A stretch of DNA of 64,000 bases from Acidobacteriota bacterium (GTDB lineage: Bacteria > Acidobacteriota > Vicinamibacteria > Marinacidobacterales > Marinacidobacteraceae). Positions within the stretch are counted from its first letter, which is position 1; the number at the start of each line of letters is the position of its first letter. Both the position numbers and the translations under genes were made by a program. Shown one piece after another: positions 41,255 through 50,221 of this stretch. Location of the stretch: NCBI GenBank assembly GCA_022828085.1, contig JAJEIY010000046.1:556-64555 (forward strand), in the 5' to 3' direction. Under the pieces are notes generated by a model. The model was not told the DNA's origin and did not search any database. It was given only the letters and a program-made list of their open reading frames with translations.

Positions 41255-41414
41255 ATAGTAGCCTAACCCATGCTTGACCACTACCCATTGGGGTTCTTGC
41301 TGTTTTCGGCGGTGATCCGCCGCGGGGAGAGTTCCGGGGCAGGCCCGGGGACCGCGGCCCGCGCCGTCCTGTACTAACGCAGAATTCGGCTTTCCGTTCC
41401 AACTGCCGGCCGCG

Positions 41415-43202
41415 ATGCTCCACTGGCTCCGGGCGCAAAACGTCGCCCTCCTCAGAGATGTCTCTCTCGAGTTCGAAGCGGGCCTGAACGTGGTCACCGG
41501 CGAGACCGGGGTGGGAAAGAGCGTTCTGCTGGAGGCGCTCGGGCTGATTCTCGGCGGGCGCGGACGCTCGCAGCTCGTGGGCCCCCTGGGGGATCGGGCG
41601 GTCGTCGAGGCGGGTTTCACGTCGCCCGGCGGCGAAACGCCGGACGGGGAGCGATTCGTGGCCCTCGCCGGGGAAGCGGGATTCCCCGCCGAAGACGGCG
41701 ATCTCGTGATCCGCCGGGAGCTGCGGCTGGCGCCGGGACGGCGCTCGATCTCCAATCGGATCACCGTGAACGGGACTGCGGTGCCGGTTGCCGTGCTTCG
41801 CGCGCTGGGGGTGATCCTCGCCGAGATCTACAGCCAGGGGGAGTACCTGGCTCTCCTGGAGCCCGGGGCCGCCCGGGAAACGGTGGACGGGGCGGGCGGT
41901 CACGCGCCCTTGCGTCGCGAGGTGGCGGTCGCTTTCCGCGCCCTGCGCACTCGAGAAGCGGAACGCGACGCTCTTCAGGAACGGTTGACCGCCGCGGCGG
42001 CGCGGCGCGCCGAAATGGAACGGGCCCTCGAAGAGATCGAACGGGCAGCGCCGCAGCCGGGCGAGATCGGGGGCCTGCTCGAAGAGCGCCGGACGCTTGG
42101 CCACGCGGAACAACTCGCCGGCCGCCTCGAGAGCGCATACCAGGCGCTCTACGGGTCGGACTCCGCGGCCGGCGCGCAGTTGGCGGTCGCGCTTCGCGCC
42201 CTTGACGAGGCGGGCGCCATAGATCCCCGGACCGCCGGCCTGCTCGATGGACGTCCGGATCTGCTCGTCGAGTTGGAGGATCTGGCGGCCGCGGTGCGGG
42301 ACCGGCGCGACAGCGTCCGGGCGGCGCCGGAGCGGCTCGCGGAAATCGAGGACCGTCTCGTCGTGCTGCGCGGCCTCGAACGCCGCTACGCAGGAGGAGC
42401 GGGCGGCGCGGACGCCCTGCTCGAGCGGGCCACGGAGATTCGCGACGAGCTCGCCGAACTCACGGATCAGGCCGAGGAACGCCGCCGCGGGGTGGCGGCG
42501 GCCGCGGCGGCCGCCGCCCGCTATCGGGAGCGGGCGGCCTCGCTCCGCGCCGCGCGCAAGGCGGCCGCGGAAGCGCTCGCCAGGGGAGTGCAGGGGGAAC
42601 TCGTCGGCCTCGGCATTCCTCGCGCCCGCTTTTCCATCGCGATGGAACCGCTCGCGGAAGGATCCGGACCCGGGGAGGCCGCAGGCACCAGGCACTTCAC
42701 GGAACACGGCCTCGACCGCGTGGAGTTCCTGTTCAGCGCCAGTGCCGAGATGGCGCCGGCGCCGATCGGAGAGGTCGCCTCGGGAGGAGAGTCATCGCGG
42801 TTCTTCCTCGCGCTGAAGGCAGCCGGGGCGGGGACGGGGGGCGCGGCAACCCTGGTCTTCGACGAGGCGGACACGGGGACCTCCGGCCGTATTGCGGATG
42901 CCGTCGGGCGGCGTCTCAGGCGCCTGGCCGCTTCGCGCCAGGTCGTTTCCGTCACGCATCTGCCTCAGGTCGCCGCGCTCGGGCGGACCCACCTCGTGGT
43001 CGAGAAACTAGAATCCGGCGATGCGGTTCGGGTCTCGACCCTTGACGAGGACACCCGGATCGAGGAAATCGCCCGTATGCTCGCCGGCCCCGAGGTCACC
43101 GACAGCGCTCGAAAACACGCGTCCCAGTTGCTCGCCGGTGCGGATGCCGGCGCCCCCGGCGGCGAAACCGGAGGGTTCGCGCCGGAGCCGGCGGGGCGCT
43201 GA
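41415..43202 (+). CDS. recN: DNA repair protein RecN
   Basis: Walker A VVTGETGVGKSVLLEALGL, a coiled-coil middle and a C-terminal SMC-like ATPase half (ASGGESSRFFLALK, LVFDEADTG). Confidence 0.85.
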   Translation: MLHWLRAQNVALLRDVSLEFEAGLNVVTGETGVGKSVLLEALGLILGGRGRSQLVGPLGDRAVVEAGFTSPGGETPDGERFVALAGEAGFPAEDGDLVIRRELRLAPGRRSISNRITVNGTAVPVAVLRALGVILAEIYSQGEYLALLEPGAARETVDGAGGHAPLRREVAVAFRALRTREAERDALQERLTAAAARRAEMERALEEIERAAPQPGEIGGLLEERRTLGHAEQLAGRLESAYQALYGSDSAAGAQLAVALRALDEAGAIDPRTAGLLDGRPDLLVELEDLAAAVRDRRDSVRAAPERLAEIEDRLVVLRGLERRYAGGAGGADALLERATEIRDELAELTDQAEERRRGVAAAAAAAARYRERAASLRAARKAAAEALARGVQGELVGLGIPRARFSIAMEPLAEGSGPGEAAGTRHFTEHGLDRVEFLFSASAEMAPAPIGEVASGGESSRFFLALKAAGAGTGGAATLVFDEADTGTSGRIADAVGRRLRRLAASRQVVSVTHLPQVAALGRTHLVVEKLESGDAVRVSTLDEDTRIEEIARMLAGPEVTDSARKHASQLLAGADAGAPGGETGGFAPEPAGR

Positions 43203-44732
43203 ATGACGCTCCGCGCATCAGGCCCGCCCCCGCCGTTGCAGACCGGCCCGGTCGCCGGGTATCCCGCCGGCTCCGCAGTCCCCGGGCGTTCCCTCCGGTT
43301 TCGGATCGAAACCTGGGGTTGCCAGATGAACGTCCACGACTCGGAGAAGATGGCGGCGGCGCTGGGGTCGCTCGGTTGCCGGCCGGCGGAGACGGAGTCC
43401 GCGGAAGTCGTGGTGCTGAACACCTGTTCCGTTCGCGAGAAAGCGCAGGAAAAGGTCTTCGCCCGGGTGGAACAGCTCGTCGGCCGGGGCGGCGAACGCC
43501 CACGGCTGATCGGGGTGGCGGGATGCGTGGCGCAGCAGGAAGGGGAGGCCATCTTCGGCCGGGCGCCGGCGGTGGATTTCGTCCTCGGCACCCAGAGCCT
43601 GGTGTGCCTCCCCGACATCGTGCGCCGGCTCCTCGATGGAGAGACCCGCATCGTCGAGACCGGGCGCCATCCGGACAACCTCGACATCCCCCCGGAGCAG
43701 ATCGATCGGATTCCCGGGGTCAAGGCGTACATCACGATCATGGAGGGGTGCGACAACTTCTGCTCGTTCTGCGTGGTGCCGTTCACCCGCGGGCGCGAGA
43801 GGTGCCGGAGCGTGTCTTCCATCGTGCGGGAAGCGGAGTCGCTCACGGCCTCGGGTTTCCGGGAGATCCAGCTTCTGGGCCAGAACGTGAACTCCTACCG
43901 GGACCCCGATGACGGAAGGGACTTCGCCGAACTGACCGACGCGGTGGGAGCCGTGCCGGGCATTCGCCGGATCCGCTTTACGAGCCCTCATCCCAAGGAC
44001 TTCAGCGACGCGCTCATGGACCGTTTCGCGGCCGGGGGACCCCTGATGCCGCACATGCACCTCCCCGCGCAATCCGGTTCGACGACCGTGCTGGAACGCA
44101 TGCGTCGCGGATACAGCCGGGGAGAATTCCTGGATCTCGTGGGACGCGCGCGGGACAAGGCTCCCGAACTCGCCCTTTCCACGGACCTGATCGTCGGCTT
44201 CTGCGGCGAGACGCGGCGCGAGTTCGAGGACACCCTGACGCTTCTCGACGAGGTGCGGTTTTCGTCGGTCTATTCGTTCAAGTACTCCGAGCGCCCGCAC
44301 ACGCTCGCCTCGAAGCGGTTGCCGGACGACGTTCCGGACCCGGAGAAGACGCAGCGTCTCGTCGAACTCCAGGCCCGGCAGCGGGCGATCCAGCTCGCCC
44401 TGCACCGCGACCTGGTCGGGCGCGAGGTGGAGGTGCTCATCGAAGGGCCCAGCCGCAAGGGCGGTCAGCTTGCGGGACGGGGGCCCGACAACCGCATCGT
44501 CAATTTCGACGGCCCGGTCGAGGCTGCCGGCAGCTTCGGCGAGGTGAGGATCACGGGGTTCGGCCCGAACAGCCTGCTGGGGGAGCCGGTGAGTTCATTG
44601 ACGCCGCGCCGGCTCCCCGGCAGCGCGCCTGGCCTCACCTCCGACCGGGATGGATGGGGCGGTGAAATCCCCCTTCCCGTCGTCCCGGCGGCCACGGGAA
44701 ACGGCGCCTGCGAGGCCATGCCCGCCGGATGA
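43203..44732 (+). CDS. miaB: tRNA-2-methylthio-N6-dimethylallyladenosine synthase MiaB (N-terminal ~30 aa possibly over-extended)
   Basis: ETWGCQMNVHDSE (MTTase N-domain), radical-SAM CDNFCSFCVVP and a TRAM domain. Confidence 0.85.
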   Translation: MTLRASGPPPPLQTGPVAGYPAGSAVPGRSLRFRIETWGCQMNVHDSEKMAAALGSLGCRPAETESAEVVVLNTCSVREKAQEKVFARVEQLVGRGGERPRLIGVAGCVAQQEGEAIFGRAPAVDFVLGTQSLVCLPDIVRRLLDGETRIVETGRHPDNLDIPPEQIDRIPGVKAYITIMEGCDNFCSFCVVPFTRGRERCRSVSSIVREAESLTASGFREIQLLGQNVNSYRDPDDGRDFAELTDAVGAVPGIRRIRFTSPHPKDFSDALMDRFAAGGPLMPHMHLPAQSGSTTVLERMRRGYSRGEFLDLVGRARDKAPELALSTDLIVGFCGETRREFEDTLTLLDEVRFSSVYSFKYSERPHTLASKRLPDDVPDPEKTQRLVELQARQRAIQLALHRDLVGREVEVLIEGPSRKGGQLAGRGPDNRIVNFDGPVEAAGSFGEVRITGFGPNSLLGEPVSSLTPRRLPGSAPGLTSDRDGWGGEIPLPVVPAATGNGACEAMPAG

Positions 44733-44754
44733 GCGCGGCAACGAGGAGCTGACC

Positions 44755-45255
44755 GTGGAGATCGAGGTAAGCATCAAGGCGATCCTGATGGTGCCGCGGA
44801 CCAGCGCGGCGGTCGTGATGCTCAAGGAGGAGTCCGGGGATCGGGAAGTCCCCATCTGGGTCGGCCCCATGGAGGTCCGCGCGATCGGCCTGCAGATCGA
44901 GAACTACGAGCCGCCCCGGCCGTTCACGCACGACCTGATCCGGGAACTGCTCCGGGAACTGGATGCCCGGGTCACCAAGGTGGTGATCCACGATGTGCAG
45001 GACAACACCTTCTACGCGCACGTCCATCTCCAGCGCAAGCGCCAGCGGTTGGCGGTGGACGCCCGGCCAAGCGACGCGATCGCCCTCGCGCTGAGGACGA
45101 GGGCGCCCATCTTCGTCCATTCCCGCGTCATCGAACGCGGCGCGCGGCGCGCGGAGGAACTCATGGCGGAGGACGTCGAACCTCCGGAGGACAGCGAGGC
45201 GCTCGGCGACTGGCTGGAAGCTCTGGACGAGGACGACCTCGGTGATACGCACTAG
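44755..45255 (+). CDS. bifunctional nuclease family protein (BFN/DUF151)
   Basis: AVVMLKEESGDREVPIWVGPMEVRAIGLQI...RPFTHDL and an acidic C-terminus. Probable GTG start at 44755; the tool start at 44650 lies inside miaB. Confidence 0.6.
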   Translation: MEIEVSIKAILMVPRTSAAVVMLKEESGDREVPIWVGPMEVRAIGLQIENYEPPRPFTHDLIRELLRELDARVTKVVIHDVQDNTFYAHVHLQRKRQRLAVDARPSDAIALALRTRAPIFVHSRVIERGARRAEELMAEDVEPPEDSEALGDWLEALDEDDLGDTH

Positions 45256-45268
45256 AGCGTGACCTTGT

Positions 45269-45282
45269 CCACAGGCTGCTAG
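45269..45282 (+). promoter_or_regulatory. conserved motif CCACAGGCTGCTAG, 10 nt upstream of the parA ATG
   Basis: Third copy of the motif; same orientation and spacing as the copy at 12657. Confidence 0.5.
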
Positions 45283-45292
45283 ACGTCGCCCG

Positions 45293-46069
45293 ATGCCAGC
45301 CACCATCACCGTCGCGAACCAGAAGGGCGGGGTCGCCAAGACCACGACCGCCGTCAACCTGGCGGCGGCGTTCGCCGGCGCCGGACACCGGACGCTGCTT
45401 GTGGATGTCGACCCCCAGGCGAACGCCTCGGTGAGTGTCATCGATCCGGATCCATCCCGCCCCTCGATGTTGGAGGCGCTCACCGGCGAGGTCCGCTTCG
45501 CGAAAATCATCAGCCCCACGTCGGTGGAAGGCCTTTCGGTAGCCGAGGCGCGCATTTCGCTCGCGAAGCTGGAACGCCAGCTCATGGGCGACATCGACGC
45601 CCACTACCGCCTTCGGGATCGTCTCCAGTACGTTCGGGAGGAGTTCGACTACATCGTGATCGACACTCCTCCGACGCTGGGGCTCATCACGGTGAACGCG
45701 ATGGTGGCGAGCGACTTCCTGCTGCTGCCGCTGCCGCCGACGTACTACGCGCTCGAGGGCGCCGACGACCTCCTCGACACCCTGGAGCAGGTCCGCCGCC
45801 GTCCCAATCCCGATCTCTCGCTCCTCGGAGTGGTGATCACCATGGCGGATCAGCGCACCCGGATCGCGCGGGACGCGATACGCAAGATCCGTGGGCATTT
45901 CGGAAACGCGGTCTTTCGGACGCTGATCAGCCGGAACGTTCGACTCGAAGAGAGTCCCGCCTACAAGGAGTCCATCTTCGCGTTCGCCCCCAACTCCCGG
46001 GGAGCCGAGGACTACGGACTCCTGGCTCAGGAGGTGCTTGCCCGTGTCCAAGCGAACCGGTCTTCCTGA
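45293..46069 (+). CDS. parA: ParA-family partition ATPase
   Basis: Deviant Walker A ANQKGGVAKTTTAVNLAAA, followed by an overlapping parB. Confidence 0.8.
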   Translation: MPATITVANQKGGVAKTTTAVNLAAAFAGAGHRTLLVDVDPQANASVSVIDPDPSRPSMLEALTGEVRFAKIISPTSVEGLSVAEARISLAKLERQLMGDIDAHYRLRDRLQYVREEFDYIVIDTPPTLGLITVNAMVASDFLLLPLPPTYYALEGADDLLDTLEQVRRRPNPDLSLLGVVITMADQRTRIARDAIRKIRGHFGNAVFRTLISRNVRLEESPAYKESIFAFAPNSRGAEDYGLLAQEVLARVQANRSS

Positions 46070-46913
46070 AAAGGTCGCCTTGAAGCCCCGCGACAGCCAC
46101 TACGTGGCGGGGCTGACGCCCGACGAGCCGGGGCTGCGCCACCGGATGATCCCCACGGCCCAGATCCATCCGAATCCCGACCAGCCGCGCCAGCGCATCG
46201 GGGCTCTGGAGCCGCTCGCGACCTCGATCCGCGACCAGGGCATCCTGCAGCCGATCCTGGTCCGCCGCCTGGGTCCCAAGGACTTCCAGATCATCGCTGG
46301 CGAGCGGCGCTACCGCGCCGCGGTACTTGCCGGGCTGCGCGAGGTGCCGTGCGTTGAGCGCGAGGCCGGGGCAGGCGACGCGCTCGAACTCGCGCTGGTG
46401 GAGAACCTCCTGCGGGACGACCTCACCGCCTTCGAAGAGGCCGCCGCGTACGAGGGACTCATCCGGGAGCATGGGCACACCCACGACTCGCTTGCGCGCC
46501 GGGTCGGCAAGGGACGCACTTCCATCACCGAGACCCTCGCCCTCCTGAACATCCCCGAGGAGATCCGGGAGCTCTGTCAGGCCTCCGGGATCGTCTCGCG
46601 CCGCCAGTTGCTGCGGGTGGCCCGCGAGCCGAACGCGGAGGCGATGCTGGCCTGCGTCCAACGGCTCGCCCAGGGGATCGAGGATCCCGCACCCAAACGC
46701 TCGAAGGGCAGGGGCGAGCGGCCGCGGCCCTTCGTGTTCCGCTATGCCCCCCGAGGCGGTCCGTTCCGGCTCCAGTTGACCTTTCGCCGCAGCGAAGTGG
46801 AAGAGGCGGAAGTGCTGGAAGCGCTCAGGACGCTTCTCCGGCAGCTCGAAGAGCAAAGCGCTGATGTCGGCGCGCCGACATCCGACGCAAGCGACAGCGA
46901 ATCAACGGGTTAG
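46038..46913 (+). CDS. parB: ParB/Spo0J-family partition protein
   Basis: ParB box IIAGERRYRAAVLAGL and an HTH. Confidence 0.75.
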   Translation: MPVSKRTGLPEKVALKPRDSHYVAGLTPDEPGLRHRMIPTAQIHPNPDQPRQRIGALEPLATSIRDQGILQPILVRRLGPKDFQIIAGERRYRAAVLAGLREVPCVEREAGAGDALELALVENLLRDDLTAFEEAAAYEGLIREHGHTHDSLARRVGKGRTSITETLALLNIPEEIRELCQASGIVSRRQLLRVAREPNAEAMLACVQRLAQGIEDPAPKRSKGRGERPRPFVFRYAPRGGPFRLQLTFRRSEVEEAEVLEALRTLLRQLEEQSADVGAPTSDASDSESTG

Positions 46914-47004
46914 GGAGGACACCGGCGGGGTTCGAGACGCCGGCGATCCCCGGAGACCTCCGGCGCTCGCGAATGCCGGGCGATTTCCGGGACGCCAGAC
47001 TAGA

Positions 47005-47583
47005 ATGCCGCGCATGTCTCGATTCTCAGCTTCCACGCTCCTGGTAGCCGGTCTGGCCACCGGTCTCGGCGCCACCGGGTCTGCGCAGGACACCGACACG
47101 CCCACCGTGAACGTTGGTGACCCGGCGCCCGATTTCGAGCTCAAGGACGCCCACGGCGCTTCCTACCGTCTTTCCGAACTGCTGGAGCGCGGCCCGGTCG
47201 TCCTGGAGTTCTTCCGCAGCGGGGGTTGGTGACCATTCTGCATTGCGCAACTCGGCGAGTTGCAAGGATCCCTGGCTGAGTTCGAGGCGGCGAACACGAC
47301 CGTGCTCGGCATTTCCAAGTACGGGACAGGGGACACCCTGATGTGGCTTTCGAAGAACGACTGGTCCTTCCCGATTCTGGTGGATGGAGGCCCGGTCATT
47401 CGTGAGTACGGCATCCCGAACCCGGATCACGACGGGACGGACCGGGAGGGCATTCCCCACCCCGCGACCATCATCGTGGACACGGACGGTGTCGTCCGTT
47501 TCGTCAACGTCTGGGTGAACTACCGCGACCGCACGCCGCCCAACGAGATCCTCGCCGAGATCTCCCGTCTCGGGGGGTCCTGA
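47005..47583 (+). CDS. secreted thioredoxin-fold redoxin (AhpC/TSA / Prx-like thiol:disulfide oxidoreductase) with an in-frame TGA (47230-47232) at the first redox-motif position: candidate selenoprotein (W-U-P-F-C)
   Basis: Tool ORFs 46864..47232 and 47260..47583 share one frame and are separated only by TGA. Joined they read ..GPVVLEFFRSGGW[U]PFCIAQLGEL..VLGIS.., a canonical redoxin active site. The signal peptide starts at the ATG at 47005. Confidence 0.55.
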
Positions 47584-47614
47584 TGACCGCCCATCACCAA
47601 AGGAGTTTCGCCCC

Positions 47615-48151
47615 ATGAAACGCCGTCTCATTCTGTCCGCCCTGCTGTTGGCCGTGTCCGGCGGCCTCGCCGCCGGCCAGGCGCCGATGATTCCCGACTG
47701 GGAGAACGCGGCGAAGTTTGAACTGGTGGCTTCGCAGTCACCGGTCCGGCCCGGCGATCAACTCGAAGTGGCGGTGGTCGCGGAGCTTGACGAGGGTTAC
47801 CACCTCTACGGGCCCGAAGAGGCCTTTCCGACCGCCACCGTGGTGGAACTCGTCGAGGGAGGGGCGTTCAAGAGCGGCGAGCCTGCCTATCCGCCCCCGA
47901 TCCGGCGCGATCTCTCGGGACTCGGGGAATACGACCTCTACGAGGGGACGGTCGCCATCCGGATCCCGGTAACTTCCGTTCTCGAGCGGGGCCGGTCCGC
48001 CGATGCCGAGGTGCTGGTCCGCTACCAGCTCTGTACGGACAACGCCTGCAGTGCCCCCACCAGCACCACCCTGGAGCTGTCCCTGCCGACCGCGCGGGCC
48101 GGAGCTCCGGTGAAGGAACTGCATTCCGAGATCTTCAGACAATCGCGATGA
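47615..48151 (+). CDS. DsbD N-terminal (DsbC/DsbD alpha) domain protein, secreted
   Basis: Signal peptide plus immunoglobulin-like DsbD-N features (YHLYGPEE..., QLCTDNAC). Confidence 0.55.
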   Translation: MKRRLILSALLLAVSGGLAAGQAPMIPDWENAAKFELVASQSPVRPGDQLEVAVVAELDEGYHLYGPEEAFPTATVVELVEGGAFKSGEPAYPPPIRRDLSGLGEYDLYEGTVAIRIPVTSVLERGRSADAEVLVRYQLCTDNACSAPTSTTLELSLPTARAGAPVKELHSEIFRQSR

Positions 48152-48648
48152 GCCCCAACCCGAAGAAGAAGGTCGTCCACACCTGCCACGCCCGGGTCTT
48201 CAAGCAGGCCGGCCCGGTCCGGCAGGCGTTCCTGGAAGACTTCGAGGAGCCCGTCCGTTTCGGCGTCCACAGCGGGATCGCCGCGTTCTATGGAGTGACC
48301 CCGGCGGAGGAACTGCCGGCGACCCTCGACTATGTGGTGGCCGCCACCGGCGGTTGAATGGTGGGGACGTTCGGGCGGGCGCTCGAAGTACGCGGCATTC
48401 CGAGCCAGCCGGATCGGCTTTCGGCCGACATCGAGGGCGACATCGTGGATGAGGACGGGGTCATGGCGCTGCGTGCCGTGCGGATTCGGTACCGGATAGC
48501 GTTGCCGGCCGGGAAACGCGCGGAAGCCGAACGCGCGCTCCGCTTCCACGAACGCGGCTGCCCGCTCGCCAACACCCTGAAGGGCAGCGTGGACATCACC
48601 TATACGGCTGACTTCGAGGAAACGCGCGACGAGCGCCCGGCTGAATGA
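48148..48648 (+). CDS. OsmC/Ohr-family peroxiredoxin-like protein with an in-frame TGA (48355-48357) at the peroxidatic Cys position: candidate selenoprotein
   Basis: ORFs 48148..48357 and 48358..48648 are contiguous and in frame: ..YVVAATGG[U]MVGTFGRAL... aligns to the OsmC AA..SCF..TF peroxidatic-Cys motif. The resolving-Cys motif HERGCPLANTLKG is intact. Confidence 0.55.
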
Positions 48649-49163
48649 GCGACCCGGGTTCGGCGATCCGCGGTCTCATGCGCCGCGCGCCGCAACTGGT
48701 GACCGTGGTGACCGCCAGCGGCCCGGAAGGCCCGAGAGGCATCACCGTCAGTTCCTTCATCCCGGTGAGCCTCGACCCGCCGCTGGTGCTGGTCTCGATC
48801 ATGAACTCGGCGCGGGCGCATGCCGCGATTGCCGCGGGCGCTTTCCGGGTGCACCTGCTCGCCTCCGATCAAGCTGCGGTTTCCGGGCACTTCGCGAAGC
48901 CCGGACTGGACTCGCGGACCCAGTTTGCGGCCCCGTTTTCCGACGCGGTGAGGGCGGATGGCGCCGCTGATCCACCGCGATTGGCCGGCTGCATCGGCTG
49001 GCTCGAATGCGCCACCGTCGGCAACTACGCGGAGGGCGATCACACCCTGTTCATCGGGCGAGTGACCGAGGGCAGGGTAGAGCGCGCGGAGGCAGCTCCC
49101 CTCCTCTACTACGACCGGGGGTATCGCGAGGTGGGAGCCGCCCGGAGTGACTCGTCGGGGTAA
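48645..49163 (+). CDS. flavin reductase family protein (NADH:flavin oxidoreductase, HpaC-like)
   Basis: VTVVTASGPEGPRGITVSSFIPVSLDPPLVLVSI is typical of flavin-reductase-like domains; 4-nt overlap with the OsmC gene. Confidence 0.65.
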   Translation: MSDPGSAIRGLMRRAPQLVTVVTASGPEGPRGITVSSFIPVSLDPPLVLVSIMNSARAHAAIAAGAFRVHLLASDQAAVSGHFAKPGLDSRTQFAAPFSDAVRADGAADPPRLAGCIGWLECATVGNYAEGDHTLFIGRVTEGRVERAEAAPLLYYDRGYREVGAARSDSSG

Positions 49164-49167
49164 GTCG

Positions 49168-50049
49168 ATGCGCACCGGGGGGACCGTGGTCCTGCTCCTG
49201 CTGGGCCTCGGGACGCTCGCAGGTTGCGGTGGCGGCGAGGAAGCTCCCGCGCCCGTCGAAGAACCGGAGCCGGTCGAGGAGGCCCCTCCCGCCCCGGCGC
49301 CGGAACCGGCCCGCCCCGCCCCGCCGCCGGCTCCGCCGCCGCCGACCACGGGCGCTCTCCAGGTGGAGGGAACCGAAGGGGCCAGCGTGTCGCTCGGCGG
49401 CCGGGTGCTCGGGACCGTGCCGGGCGCCTGGGAGGAGCTGGAGGCGGGGGAGTATCCGATTCGAGTCGAGAAGGAGGGTTTCCATCCCCTGGAGGTCAAC
49501 ATCACCATCCGGGGAGGCCGGACGCGATCGCTGGCCGCGGATCTCATCGAAATGCTGGGATCCATCACCGTGGAAAGCGACGTGGCTGGGGCGAACGTCT
49601 TCCTGAACAGGAACTTCAAGGGAAACACGCCGGTGACCATCGTGGATCTGCAACCCGGCGAGTACAACCTGACGGTGTCGGTGGAGGGACACGACGTGGT
49701 CTCCCGGAAGGTCGCTGTGGGCCGGCGAGTCGTTCCGGTCCGGGTGGAGTTCGGCGACCTGGAGGCCACGCTGGACGTGCGGGTCGCTGTCGTCCACAAG
49801 CACCGCTTCGGATCGTGTGAGGGGACGCTCGTCGCCACGACGGAAGGGTTCGACTACCGGACGGATCACAAGGACGCCTTCCAACTGTCGTTCGGAGAGA
49901 CGGAACGTTTCGAGATCGACTATCTCGAGAACAATCTGCGACTCAAGGTGCGCGGGGGGCGTACCTACAACTTCGAGTCGCCTTCCGAGGATCTGGACTC
50001 GCTGTTCGTGTTTCACCGGGACGTCACCGCGTTTCGGGAGCAGCGGTAG
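49168..50049 (+). CDS. PEGA-domain lipoprotein
   Basis: Lipobox LLGLGTLAGCGG, a Pro/Ala-rich linker and three PEGA-like repeats (GEYPIRVEKEG, GEYNLTVSVEGHD). Confidence 0.6.
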   Translation: MRTGGTVVLLLLGLGTLAGCGGGEEAPAPVEEPEPVEEAPPAPAPEPARPAPPPAPPPPTTGALQVEGTEGASVSLGGRVLGTVPGAWEELEAGEYPIRVEKEGFHPLEVNITIRGGRTRSLAADLIEMLGSITVESDVAGANVFLNRNFKGNTPVTIVDLQPGEYNLTVSVEGHDVVSRKVAVGRRVVPVRVEFGDLEATLDVRVAVVHKHRFGSCEGTLVATTEGFDYRTDHKDAFQLSFGETERFEIDYLENNLRLKVRGGRTYNFESPSEDLDSLFVFHRDVTAFREQR

Positions 50050-50221
50050 GCGGCGCCGGTTTCTTGGTTCAGATCGGCTCTCGGACTGGTTCTTTACATA
50101 ATCATCCTTATCGGAAGCTCGCTCCGCACCTGCCGACGCCCGCGCGCGAAAGGACGCCCGGGCGCGGAATAGACGCGCACAGCGCTGGGCGGAGTCCCGC
50201 AGCACCCTGGTCATCACGGCA

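Noticed and set aside
41255-41414. tolQ/recN divergent spacer examined for a LexA box like the one at lexA
   Set aside because: No copy of CAGACATTTGTCTG or TCTGGTATGCCAGA. The weak CTGTACTAACGCAG is not a dyad, so it is not reported as a feature.
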